DNA from: a bacterium
GTDB lineage: Bacteria; Zhuqueibacterota; Zhuqueibacteria; Residuimicrobiales; Krinioviventaceae
DNA length: 64,000 bases
Direction: 5' to 3'
Assembly: GCA_963693055.1 (NCBI GenBank)
Contig: OY843751.1
Location: forward strand, 2,880,001-2,944,000
How positions within the stretch are numbered: position 1 is the stretch's first letter; every line of letters starts with the position of its first letter. A model generated the notes under the pieces. That model made no database searches, was not told the DNA's origin, and was given only the letters and a program-made list of their open reading frames with translations. The position numbers and the translations under genes are program-made. Positions 55,171-64,000 of this stretch are shown here, in pieces.

Positions 55171-56643
55171 TTATTTAAACAAATGATTATATTTTTGATA
55201 TGCCTCATCCCACATGGCTGTTTCCTGGGGTTCAAATGTTTTCATGTCAAAGGAATTTTTAACAATTTGTCGTCCTTCTTCTATCGAACCAATCTCTCCG
55301 GCAGTAATTGCCTGAACCATAATATTGCCAATGGCAGTCGCTTCAATAGGACCGGCAACAACAGGTATTCCACAAGCATTTGCTGCGTACTGGTTTAGTA
55401 ATTCGTTTTGAGAACCACCACCTACAATATGCAATGTAGTAATTTTACTGTCACTGATCTGATTGATAATCTCAATCACATAACGATATTTTAACGCCAA
55501 ACTTTCCAAAATGGTACGGGTAAACTCACCGGGTGTTTCCGGTAGCGGTTGGTTTGTATTTGAGCAATACTCACATATTGCCTTGATCATATTTGGTGGA
55601 TTTAAAAATATGGGATCATCAGGATGAATGATTGCTTTAAACGGATTTGCTGATTTTGCACTCTCTAGTAATACTCTAAAATCAGCAGAAATACCGTTTT
55701 CAATCCACTCTTTGCGGCATCCATTCAACAACCACATTCCCATTATATTTTTCAAGAAACGAATTGTGTCATTGATGCCACCTTCATTGGTAAAATTACT
55801 GCTCAATGTAAGATCATTTATCAATGGAGACGCTGTTTCAATTCCCATCAAAGACCAGGTTCCACTACTTAAATAAGCCCAATTCTCACCTTTTGCAGGT
55901 ACAGCAGCAACCGCACTCGCAGTATCATGACTTGCAGGTGCTACAACATCTATATTAGACGCACCGGTTTCTGTAGCTATATCATCTAGTATAGGACCAA
56001 TACGAGTTCCGGTTTTAACAATTTCTGGCATAATATCAATTGGCAATGAGAGTTTTGCAAAAATCTCTGGTTCCCATTGTCTGGTTTTTGCATTTAATAA
56101 CTGAGAGGTTGAAGCAATTGAATATTCTGAAACCATCTCTCCGGTGAACATGTAATTCAACAAATCAGGAGTAAATAAAAGTTTTTCTGAAACAGGCAGT
56201 AAGGGATGACTTGTTTTAACCATGCTATACAATTGAAAAACAGAATTAAACTGCATAAATTGGATACCAGTGTATTTGTACATATCGTTCGCCGGCATCA
56301 TATTGAAAGCTTCTTCCATGATATTATTAGTACGGGAATCTCGATAAGAATAAGGATTTCCCAACAAAACATTATCGCGACCAATTAAACCAAAATCCAC
56401 ACCCCACGTATCAACACCCAGGCTGGTTATGTTTTTATATCCTTTTTTTATAGAGTTCGATAAAGCTTCTTTTAACTCTTCGAATAATTTTAAAATATCC
56501 CAATAATAATGACCCCACAGTAGTACCTGAACATTAGGGAATCGATGCACTTCTGTTAATTCAATCTTTCCATTCTCCAGACTTCCAACAATTCCACGCC
56601 CACTACTGGCACCAATATCAAAAGCTAGATATTCCCTTTTCAT
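55171..56643 (-). CDS. rhaB: Rhamnulokinase/fuculokinase (FGGY)
   Basis: AFDIGASSGR, DTWGVDF, HDTASA, SSGTWSL, FTNEGG. Confidence 0.9.
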   Translation of the reverse strand: MKREYLAFDIGASSGRGIVGSLENGKIELTEVHRFPNVQVLLWGHYYWDILKLFEELKEALSNSIKKGYKNITSLGVDTWGVDFGLIGRDNVLLGNPYSYRDSRTNNIMEEAFNMMPANDMYKYTGIQFMQFNSVFQLYSMVKTSHPLLPVSEKLLFTPDLLNYMFTGEMVSEYSIASTSQLLNAKTRQWEPEIFAKLSLPIDIMPEIVKTGTRIGPILDDIATETGASNIDVVAPASHDTASAVAAVPAKGENWAYLSSGTWSLMGIETASPLINDLTLSSNFTNEGGINDTIRFLKNIMGMWLLNGCRKEWIENGISADFRVLLESAKSANPFKAIIHPDDPIFLNPPNMIKAICEYCSNTNQPLPETPGEFTRTILESLALKYRYVIEIINQISDSKITTLHIVGGGSQNELLNQYAANACGIPVVAGPIEATAIGNIMVQAITAGEIGSIEEGRQIVKNSFDMKTFEPQETAMWDEAYQKYNHLFK

Positions 56644-56667
56644 CCTAATCCCTTTCTATTACAACAG

Positions 56668-57864
56668 TTACAGCGTTTCTTTCAATAACTCTATTACACC
56701 ATTTTCTAATTTTTCTTCAGAAGATTTTCCTGAACCTATTGTATATAACCGCACATTACCTTTTTTGTCAATCAAAACCATATGAGGTATTCCATAAACA
56801 CCAAAGGCTCTGGCGTTAGCAGCGCCATCAGACGAGTTTGAAATTGCAGTTGGAATGGAAATATTCATATTTTCTTTGAATTTTTTTACCCATTCTTCTT
56901 CCCGTTCAGGTGAAATATTTTTTAAATTTTTTCCAAGCTGATTAAAATATCCATAATATTGGGTCACACCTATTGCCTGAAATCCTTGATCTCCATATTC
57001 CTCATAAAGAGATTGCAAAAATGGCAGTATATCTCTGCAAGGCGGACACCAGGGTGCCCAAAAATCCAACAAAACCACTTTTCCCTTTAATGATTTTAAA
57101 GGTAAAGGAGCAGAACCTAACCAGTTATCAACTTGTAGTTCAGTTGCAGGCTTGCCGACCATTTCAATCAATTGTCGTTTTGCGGCAATTTTTTTAAGAT
57201 TATTGGGTGTCAGGTTAGCTATTGATTCAGCCTGGTTAATAATATCCAGAGCTTTTTTTGAGTCATTCATAGTTATGAATAACTCGGCTTTATCCAGTAA
57301 TAAAGATACAGTCAAGGTTGAATCTACATTTTCAATTGCATTATCTACAACACGTAAGGCATTTTCAAACTCACCCTCTTCAATATATCCATATTGCATA
57401 TATGAATAATAATTTTCAATTTTGGGTGGTTGCTTTTCTAAAATATGCGATTGAAACAGATCTTCGGATTTTGCAATTTCACCCTCATAAACATATAATT
57501 GAAACAACAGATCCAGAAAATCAATATCTGCATCGTCTATGGGTTTACGTTCCATTACCTGAACTGCTTTATCAAATTGCTCGGAAAAATAATACAATTG
57601 AGCTGCGGCAAATAGATCAGATTCCGGAACCTGATCAGGAATCATTTTGGCAGTATATTTTTCAGCAAGCAATTTTTGTTCATTACGAAGACTGTCATGA
57701 TCAGATAAACCGGCTTGCACGCCTTTAATCAAGATACTGTCTACCTCTGCGATCTTTTGCTGTAAATTATCATATGTATGCGTGCCGCAGGAGGTTAAAA
57801 CAAGAATAGAGATAATGCTAAAAATCAATAAAAGTCCTAAAAATGCGCGAAAATTCATAAACAC
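56668..57864 (-). CDS. TlpA-like thioredoxin lipoprotein with TPR region
   Basis: Lipobox LTSC, DFWAPWCPPC, GIPH. Confidence 0.85.
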   Translation of the reverse strand: MFMNFRAFLGLLLIFSIISILVLTSCGTHTYDNLQQKIAEVDSILIKGVQAGLSDHDSLRNEQKLLAEKYTAKMIPDQVPESDLFAAAQLYYFSEQFDKAVQVMERKPIDDADIDFLDLLFQLYVYEGEIAKSEDLFQSHILEKQPPKIENYYSYMQYGYIEEGEFENALRVVDNAIENVDSTLTVSLLLDKAELFITMNDSKKALDIINQAESIANLTPNNLKKIAAKRQLIEMVGKPATELQVDNWLGSAPLPLKSLKGKVVLLDFWAPWCPPCRDILPFLQSLYEEYGDQGFQAIGVTQYYGYFNQLGKNLKNISPEREEEWVKKFKENMNISIPTAISNSSDGAANARAFGVYGIPHMVLIDKKGNVRLYTIGSGKSSEEKLENGVIELLKETL

Positions 57865-57930
57865 ACCTTTACATAAAATACTATTATTATTGACTTACAA
57901 TATACAAATTCTTGTGTGTCTATCAAATAA

Positions 57931-57974
57931 AAATAAAAAAAAATCCTGCACCACAATTACAGTACAGGATTTTT
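57931..57974 (-). terminator. Intrinsic terminator after mrp
   Basis: AAAATCCTGTAC..GTGCAGGATTTT plus T-tract. Confidence 0.8.
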
Positions 57975-57996
57975 AATAATTATTTCAGTTTATAAT

Positions 57997-59223
57997 CTAG
58001 TGATCACAAACATTATCACCGGTTTCAAGTGTATCATTTACATGACTAATTACCAGATTTTCAGGAGTATCAACAGAAGCTCCGGTAATAACATGCACCT
58101 TTTTCTCTTCAAACAGACTTTGTGCACGTTGTCCCATTCCACCAGCAATAATTGTATGAACCTGATTTTCATGGCACCATTCCGGCAATACACCGGGTTC
58201 ATGTGGTGGAGGATTCAAAACTTTACTTTTAACAATTTTATTCTCATTCTTGTCATAATCAATAAACGCAAATTTATCACTATGACCAAAATGCATACAC
58301 AGCTTGCCATCGCTTATAGGAATTGCGTACCGTACAATGTTTTCCGGCAAGGATTCACTTGACTTTTTAACTTCTTTTGGAGTTGTACTTACCGGCAATT
58401 CATCGCCTAAAGCGTTTACCATCTTTTCAATAATTGCCTGGATCTTTTTTGCAGTTTCGGATTTATTATAGAAATAAATATAGGGTCTGCCTTCATCGCT
58501 TGCAGTCACAATGTCCGGTTCTAAGGGAATCTGACCCAAAAAGTTCACACCCATATCTTTGGCCATTTCTTCACCACCACCAGATTTGAAAATATCAATT
58601 TTATCATGGCAATGCGGGCAAACAAAACCACTCATATTTTCAATTACTCCCAAAACCGGCAAATTTACTTGTTCGCAAAAATTAATAGATCGTCTCACAT
58701 CAGACACGGCAATGTCCTGAGGAGTAGTCACAACAACAGCACCTGAAGCATTTTTAATTATTTGAACGACTGATAAAGGTTCATCACCTGTTCCCGGGGG
58801 ACAGTCAATAATCAAATAATCCAGATCTCCCCAACTCACATCTTTGATCAATTGCTGTATTGCACCCATCTTCATGGGGCCGCGCCATATTACCGCATCG
58901 TCATTATTTTTTAACAGCATACCCAATGAGACGACTTTTAAATTGTTACCATATTGCATGGGAATCAATCCGTTTTCATCGGATTGCATTTTATCTTTGT
59001 CTAAACCTAAAAGTTTTGGAATACTGGGACCATGAAAATCAACATCAAGCAAGCCTGTCTTATATCCATCCAGACCCAATGAAATAGCAAGATTCGCAGC
59101 AACAGTGCTTTTGCCTACCCCACCTTTACCAGATAAAACCAGTATTTTGTGTTTAAATCGTTCCAGTGTTTTTTCAATTTCAATTTGTTCTAATACTCTG
59201 TCAGGATTTTGTTCATGATTCAT
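57997..59223 (-). CDS. mrp: Mrp/NBP35 Fe-S carrier fused to a NifB/NifX-like domain
   Basis: GKGGVGKS, DCPPGTGD, ENMS..CPHC; C-terminal HFGH..GGMG domain. Confidence 0.93.
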   Translation of the reverse strand: MNHEQNPDRVLEQIEIEKTLERFKHKILVLSGKGGVGKSTVAANLAISLGLDGYKTGLLDVDFHGPSIPKLLGLDKDKMQSDENGLIPMQYGNNLKVVSLGMLLKNNDDAVIWRGPMKMGAIQQLIKDVSWGDLDYLIIDCPPGTGDEPLSVVQIIKNASGAVVVTTPQDIAVSDVRRSINFCEQVNLPVLGVIENMSGFVCPHCHDKIDIFKSGGGEEMAKDMGVNFLGQIPLEPDIVTASDEGRPYIYFYNKSETAKKIQAIIEKMVNALGDELPVSTTPKEVKKSSESLPENIVRYAIPISDGKLCMHFGHSDKFAFIDYDKNENKIVKSKVLNPPPHEPGVLPEWCHENQVHTIIAGGMGQRAQSLFEEKKVHVITGASVDTPENLVISHVNDTLETGDNVCDH

Positions 59224-59240
59224 AATATTTTATCCCTGCT

Positions 59241-60113
59241 TCAATTTGAATAGTTGAGTGATTTTAATACAGAATCCCAAATGGATTTATATATATCAAT
59301 TAATTGTTTATTGCCGTATTCAATAATACTTTTTCCTTCTTTTTGTGCAGAAAGAATATCAGTGTGATATGGAATTTTTCCAGCAATTTTTATTCCGTTT
59401 TCTTGACAAAAATTAAAAATTTTGCCAGAAAGGTCATAATTCAAATCATATTTATTAATGACTACCAATGGGTATACACCAAAATGCTTAACAAGTTCCA
59501 AAACTCTTTTCATATCATGTATTGCAGATAATGTAGGTTCAGTTACTACAAGAGCAATATCAGCTCCACCAAGAGACGCGATAACCGGGCAACCGGTTCC
59601 TGGAGGACCATCGGTCAGGATCAATGAAAAATCTTTATCTTCACATACTTTTTTTGCTTCATTTCTCACCAAGGAAACAAGTTTACCAGAATTTTCTTCA
59701 CCCGGTTCAAGCTGTGCATGAATAAATGGGAGCCCTTGTTTCGAGCTTGACTGGTACCACTCTCCATTTATTCTGTCATTGAAATTTATTGCATCCGATG
59801 GACAATTCCAAACACAAACACCGCAGCCCTCACAGGCCAATGGATTTACTGATAAATCAGAGGTTATTGCATTAAATCTACACACCTCCTTGCATTTACC
59901 ACATTCACTACATAATGATTTATCAATTTCTGCAGCTTTACCACCGGAAAAAGAATGCACTTTTTGATTCGATGGATTCAACAATAAAAATAAATCCGGA
60001 GCATCTACATCAGCATCCGCGAGTACAGCATTGCTAATCAATGAAGAAAATGCACCAGTCACAGATGTCTTGCCCGTTCCACCCTTACCGCTTATTATTA
60101 TAATTTCTTTCAT
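59241..60113 (-). CDS. MinD-like P-loop ATPase with inserted 2x[4Fe-4S] ferredoxin
   Basis: SGKGGTGKT, CSECGKCKEVC, CEGCGVCVWNCP, DGPPGTGCP. Confidence 0.92.
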   Translation of the reverse strand: MKEIIIISGKGGTGKTSVTGAFSSLISNAVLADADVDAPDLFLLLNPSNQKVHSFSGGKAAEIDKSLCSECGKCKEVCRFNAITSDLSVNPLACEGCGVCVWNCPSDAINFNDRINGEWYQSSSKQGLPFIHAQLEPGEENSGKLVSLVRNEAKKVCEDKDFSLILTDGPPGTGCPVIASLGGADIALVVTEPTLSAIHDMKRVLELVKHFGVYPLVVINKYDLNYDLSGKIFNFCQENGIKIAGKIPYHTDILSAQKEGKSIIEYGNKQLIDIYKSIWDSVLKSLNYSN

Positions 60114-60955
60114 GATTTCAATCTATTTTCTATTTGTTCAAATAATTTAAGGAACGAAAGTTTAAATGCTGGAATCGAATTAATCAACAACTCCCCTTTC
60201 GAATACAATTCGGCAATGGTCCTGTCAAGAGGTATCTTTATATGTATTGGTATATCATTTTCATATGCATAGTTCTTGACATCAGGATAATTGGTGTCGC
60301 TTTTATTTAACACAATTCCAAAAGGAGTGTTTAATTTTTTAACAACTTTGACAGCCAGCTTGAGATCATTAAATCCAAAAGGAGAATCTTCAGCAACAAG
60401 AATAATATAATCCGAATCACGCATTGCTTCCACAGCAGGACAAGCAGTTCCGGGTGGAGAATCAATTATATTGATTACTGTGTCATCAATATATTCCTTG
60501 ACTGCATTTATAACCGGTGGTGATTTTGCTTCTCCTATTGTCAATAATCCTGAATATACCTTGATTGATCCACTTGAACCTGATTTTACAAGTCCAGTAG
60601 AATGTTCACGTTCTGAAATTGCATTTTCCGGACAGGCTATTGTACACCCTCCACAGGCATGACACAATTCAGGAAAAACCAAAACCTGCTTGCCAAAAAC
60701 AGAAATTGCGTTAAATTCACATACTTGCCCACATTGGTTGCACAAATTACATTTTTGATGATCAATTTCAGGCACCAATATATTTACAGGATTCTCTGTT
60801 TCAACAAGAGAATTCATAAAAATATCAACATTGGGGGCTTCAACATCACAATCCAAAAGCTGTACATGCTGTTTTTCACTCAATACTGCCGCCAAATTGG
60901 TTGAAACAAGTGTTTTACCTGTTCCCCCCTTGCCGCTTGCAATAACAATATTCAT
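60110..60955 (-). CDS. MinD-like P-loop ATPase with inserted 2x[4Fe-4S] ferredoxin
   Basis: SGKGGTGKT, CNLCNQCGQVC, CHACGGCTIACP, DSPPGTACP. Confidence 0.92.
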   Translation of the reverse strand: MNIVIASGKGGTGKTLVSTNLAAVLSEKQHVQLLDCDVEAPNVDIFMNSLVETENPVNILVPEIDHQKCNLCNQCGQVCEFNAISVFGKQVLVFPELCHACGGCTIACPENAISEREHSTGLVKSGSSGSIKVYSGLLTIGEAKSPPVINAVKEYIDDTVINIIDSPPGTACPAVEAMRDSDYIILVAEDSPFGFNDLKLAVKVVKKLNTPFGIVLNKSDTNYPDVKNYAYENDIPIHIKIPLDRTIAELYSKGELLINSIPAFKLSFLKLFEQIENRLKS

Positions 60956-60964
60956 AAAATATAT

Positions 60965-61174
60965 TTACCTTTGTTTCGTCATTTTAACACCACAATCAGG
61001 ACACTCGGTTTGCGAACAAGGCACACCACGTTGATGGGTAACAATTTTACCACAGGATGAGCAAAAACAGTTACCACCTGAACCTATATTACCACCTTTA
61101 CCGCCTCTAGAGTTTCCCAAATTTTTTCCACGTCCTGGCCCAGATGTAGGGCCTGTTCCATCGCCGCCTGGCAT
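60965..61174 (-). CDS. Small Gly-rich (DUF5320-like) Cys-cluster protein
   Basis: MPGGDGTGP start; CFCSSC..PCSQTECPDCG. Confidence 0.8.
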   Translation of the reverse strand: MPGGDGTGPTSGPGRGKNLGNSRGGKGGNIGSGGNCFCSSCGKIVTHQRGVPCSQTECPDCGVKMTKQR

Positions 61175-61191
61175 ACTAAACTCCTTTGGTT

Positions 61192-61560
61192 TTATGCCCA
61201 GTGCCCCTCTACATCTGCACCGGAAGCCAATTCCAATTGATTGTTATTAAACGCATCCAAAGCATCTTGAACTGTGCCTTTTATACCAATAAAAATCTTG
61301 ACCTCGGCTGCATTCAAAGCACGGAATGCTTTAGGTCCGCAATGACCGGTTAACAATATATCTGCATTTAAATCTGTAACATGCTTGGCCGCCTGAATTC
61401 CCGCACCAGAAGGTGTATTTAATACCTGGTTATTATCCGCAAATTCAAATGTATTGCTTTCAGTATCAAAAATTACAAAGCCCTTTGCCCGTCCAAAACG
61501 TTCATCAACCGGGCTTGACAGGTCTGAACCTGTACTTGAAATTACTATTTTCATATCCAT
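61192..61560 (-). CDS. NifB/NifX-family (dinitrogenase FeMo-cofactor-binding domain) protein
   Basis: DERFGRA, GAGIQAA, GHCGPKA. Confidence 0.9.
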   Translation of the reverse strand: MDMKIVISSTGSDLSSPVDERFGRAKGFVIFDTESNTFEFADNNQVLNTPSGAGIQAAKHVTDLNADILLTGHCGPKAFRALNAAEVKIFIGIKGTVQDALDAFNNNQLELASGADVEGHWA

Positions 61561-61564
61561 TGCC

Positions 61565-61939
61565 CTATTTTAATTCATTAATTTTGTTAATAAAATCATT
61601 TAATGCTGCCTGATGGCTTTTCAAAGTTTCAAACCATAGCATCAAATTATCTCTTCCCATTTGAGTTATTGTATAGAGTCGTTTTGCAGGGCCAGACCCC
61701 GAAGTGTCCCATTGTGATTCTACCATTTGATTATCTTCCAAATGGCGAAGCATTCGATAGATCGCCCCGGGATCTGCAGATTCATCAAAAAAACCAACGG
61801 TTGGAAGATCATTCATCAACTCATATCCATGACGAGAATGCTTCCATAATAAATACAAAATTGAAGGTTCTATCCAACGAGTTCTTCTTCCACGATAACA
61901 TCCACATCCGGTAGTATCTCTGTTTGCAAAACTATTCAT
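61565..61939 (-). CDS. PadR-family transcriptional regulator
   Basis: HGYEL, GAIYRMLRHLE, W....GPAKRLYTIT..G. Confidence 0.92.
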   Translation of the reverse strand: MNSFANRDTTGCGCYRGRRTRWIEPSILYLLWKHSRHGYELMNDLPTVGFFDESADPGAIYRMLRHLEDNQMVESQWDTSGSGPAKRLYTITQMGRDNLMLWFETLKSHQAALNDFINKINELK

Positions 61940-61946
61940 TTACACC

Positions 61947-61969
61947 TCTATATGTAATTTACATATAGA
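61947..61969. promoter_or_regulatory. Putative PadR operator
   Basis: Perfect TCTATATGTAA-T-TTACATATAGA between the -10 (TAACTT 61974-61969; -35 TTGACA 61997-61992) and the RBS. Confidence 0.75.
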
Positions 61970-62029
61970 AGTTAATACAATATATATTACATGTCAAGTT
62001 TTTTTTATTTCCCGGAAACTAATTAAAAC

Positions 62030-62058
62030 TTGACTGTTTGAGGTCTATTTAGTATACT
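62030..62058 (+). promoter_or_regulatory. Sigma70-type promoter of heptose genes
   Basis: TTGACT-N17-TATACT. Confidence 0.7.
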
Positions 62059-62079
62059 AGATAAAAATTTGGAAAAGAT

Positions 62080-63075
62080 ATGAAAAAATACAACGCTCGA
62101 CAGGTTGCAAAATTTATAAAAAAGATGCAGCAACAGCATATCCTGGTTATTGGTGATATAATGCTGGATCAATTTATATGGGGCAAAGTCACTCGCATTT
62201 CTCCAGAAGCCCCAGTTCCTGTTGTGCAGGTAACAAATGAATCAGCTTATCCGGGGGGTGCGGCAAACGTTGCAAGAAATCTTGTTCAGTTTGGAATAAA
62301 ATCTACCATGTGTGGTATTATAGGTCAGGATATAAATGGCAAAAAACTGCTGGGAAATTTAAAATCTTCCGGAATTGCAACAGATGGAATTGCAGCGGTT
62401 CAGGATTATGAAACCATTGTCAAGACACGCATAATAGCAAAGCATCAGCAGGTTGTAAGAGTTGATCGCGAATCCAATTATCAAATCCCTCAGGACCAAT
62501 TGAACAACTTGATTAAAAAGCTGGAGAAAATAATACCTACCGTTTCTGCAATTATCATTGAAGATTATGGTAAAGGATTTATAACACAGGATTTTGTTAA
62601 TTCCATTATCCAAATTGCAGTTGAAAATAAAAAAATTTTAACTATTGATCCCAATCCTCAAAATCCATTGATTTGGGATGGCGTTACTCTTGTTAAACCT
62701 AATCGCTCAGAAGCATATGCTGCTGCTGGCATCCCTTTGGATGAATCAAGAGATACCTTGTTAAAAGTTGGTGATATATTACTGGAGAAATGGAAAACCA
62801 ACCTGCTATTAGTTACGCTTGGTGAAGAGGGCTTAATACTTTTCCAGGCAGGCTATCCCCCTTTTCATACTCCGACTAAAGCAATTGAAGTTTATGATGT
62901 CTCTGGTGCGGGTGATACGGTTATTGCATTTTTCACGTCTGCGCTTGCAGCCGGACTGAACAGTTATGAAGCAGCACAACTTGCAAACCATGCTGCCGGT
63001 GTTGTTGTAGGTAAAGTGGGAACAGCAACACTTACAATCGAAGAACTCTTGTCAAGTTTCGAGCGTGATGCATAA
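62080..63075 (+). CDS. rfaE1: D-glycero-manno-heptose 7-phosphate kinase (RfaE domain I)
   Basis: RISPEAPVPV, GGAANVA, EDYGKG, DVSGAGDT. Confidence 0.94.
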   Translation: MKKYNARQVAKFIKKMQQQHILVIGDIMLDQFIWGKVTRISPEAPVPVVQVTNESAYPGGAANVARNLVQFGIKSTMCGIIGQDINGKKLLGNLKSSGIATDGIAAVQDYETIVKTRIIAKHQQVVRVDRESNYQIPQDQLNNLIKKLEKIIPTVSAIIIEDYGKGFITQDFVNSIIQIAVENKKILTIDPNPQNPLIWDGVTLVKPNRSEAYAAAGIPLDESRDTLLKVGDILLEKWKTNLLLVTLGEEGLILFQAGYPPFHTPTKAIEVYDVSGAGDTVIAFFTSALAAGLNSYEAAQLANHAAGVVVGKVGTATLTIEELLSSFERDA

Positions 63076-63610
63076 AGCAATATTCTGGGACAGAGACGAC
63101 ACGCTCGTATACGATGTACCCTATAATGGGAACCCATCCAAAGTAAAACTTTTACCCAACACTGTTAAAGCATTAACACTATTACATACATTTAATTTTA
63201 AACAATTCATCATAACCAATCAATCGGGCGTTGGCAGGGGCATTATATCAAAAAGCCAGGTAATTGCTGTTAACAATCGATTGCTAGAATTATTGGGTAC
63301 CAGTTTAATACAAGGTATTTATTGTTGTTATGATGATCCCGCAAATCCACGAGAAAATTGTCGCAAACCTTCCCCCCAAATGATCTACAAAGCAAGAGAT
63401 GAGCATAACCTCCTGCTGGCTGCCTCTTATTTTATTGGTGATAAAATTGCTGACATTCAGGCCGGGCACAATGCCGGCTGTAAAAGCATTTTAAAACTCA
63501 TTGATTACAAAAATGCAGATCAAGCAAAAGAGAAACAAGAAGCAGATTATGCATCTACAAATTTGTTGAAAATTGCTGAATGGATCATCAATTTTGAAAC
63601 AAGTAACTAA
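63065..63610 (+). CDS. gmhB: Heptose 1,7-bisphosphate phosphatase-like HAD IIIA protein
   Basis: DRDDTL, TNQSGVGRG, CRKP, IGDK..D. Confidence 0.85.
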   Translation: MMHKAIFWDRDDTLVYDVPYNGNPSKVKLLPNTVKALTLLHTFNFKQFIITNQSGVGRGIISKSQVIAVNNRLLELLGTSLIQGIYCCYDDPANPRENCRKPSPQMIYKARDEHNLLLAASYFIGDKIADIQAGHNAGCKSILKLIDYKNADQAKEKQEADYASTNLLKIAEWIINFETSN

Positions 63611-63731
63611 TTTCTCTTGCTTTTTATTTTGTAATTTCTTAATCTATATTGTTCATTAGGGAAAAATATTTATGCTAACCAGACGTTTATTCTATTCTTA
63701 ATCATGAAGTAAACCATTAGAGAGGTGCGAC

Positions 63732-64000
63732 ATGAAATTACAATTAATGCGTATTGTATTTTTATTGTTAATTTCTGTATCGTTAACTCTGGGCCAAACT
63801 GCTGGCGAAGAGGCTCTGGGATCACGTTCTTACGACGATTATGAAAATCCCAAAGCTTGCTACAGCTGCCATGTAGACATTTATATGCAGTGGACCCAGG
63901 CAATGATGTCCCAGGCGTACACACATCACTGGGATGAAATTGAGTATTTTGACCTCGCAGTTGCACATGCAGAGGTTGATCCAAGTTTCAAAGGTCCGGT
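63732..64000 (+). CDS. Exported c-type cytochrome, 5' part (truncated by window edge; absent from ORF track)
   Basis: GAGGTG RBS; MKLQLMRIVFLLLISVSLTLGQ signal; CYSCH haem motif; frame open to the edge. Confidence 0.85.
   Translation, partial: MKLQLMRIVFLLLISVSLTLGQTAGEEALGSRSYDDYENPKACYSCHVDIYMQWTQAMMSQAYTHHWDEIEYFDLAVAHAEVDPSFKGP

Noticed and set aside
45592-61939. Selenocysteine or stop-codon readthrough in the redox and Fe-S genes
   Set aside because: The ORFs appear full-length with Cys at motif positions; no in-frame TGA splitting a domain was seen
63065-63610. HAD IIIA protein as the missing histidinol phosphatase
   Set aside because: Overlaps the heptose kinase gene, so a GmhB role is the simpler reading
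63670-63984. 104-aa minus-strand ORF at the window end
   Set aside because: Antisense to the better-supported cytochrome c frame (RBS, signal peptide, CxxCH)

Overview
AT-rich bacterial chromosome segment, probably an anaerobic FCB-related lineage such as KSB1 or Calditrichota (inferred from gene content and order, not established). Nt 1-12790 is the integrase-proximal end of a temperate prophage inserted at the 3' end of a tRNA-Pro(GGG). It holds a tyrosine integrase with GGGGGCA arm-like repeats, an XRE repressor facing an unannotated 58-aa ribbon-helix-helix gene, an ERF/Gp157/SSB recombination module, a DUF1376-type initiator with internal iterons, and MazG-like and RuvC-like genes. The rest is host housekeeping DNA, almost all on the minus strand: rimP-nusA-infB-DUF503-rbfA-truB-ribF-rpsO, a Gld-like ABC cassette, pnp, M16 peptidase, ald, deacetylase, merR and tRNA-Pro; a his operon with a His-rich leader-peptide attenuator and no hisE; a structured REP/heptamer-repeat element; an atypical acetate kinase with a ROK kinase and a nucleotidyltransferase; iscS-iscU-fprA-thyX-lipA-def; larA; a TPP riboswitch with a TonB receptor; rhamnulokinase; a PadR-led Mrp/MinD/NifX (orange-protein-like) operon with a perfect operator palindrome; heptose genes; and the start of a c-type cytochrome. 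No CRISPR array or rRNA was seen. All family calls come from motif recognition by eye; no searches were run.
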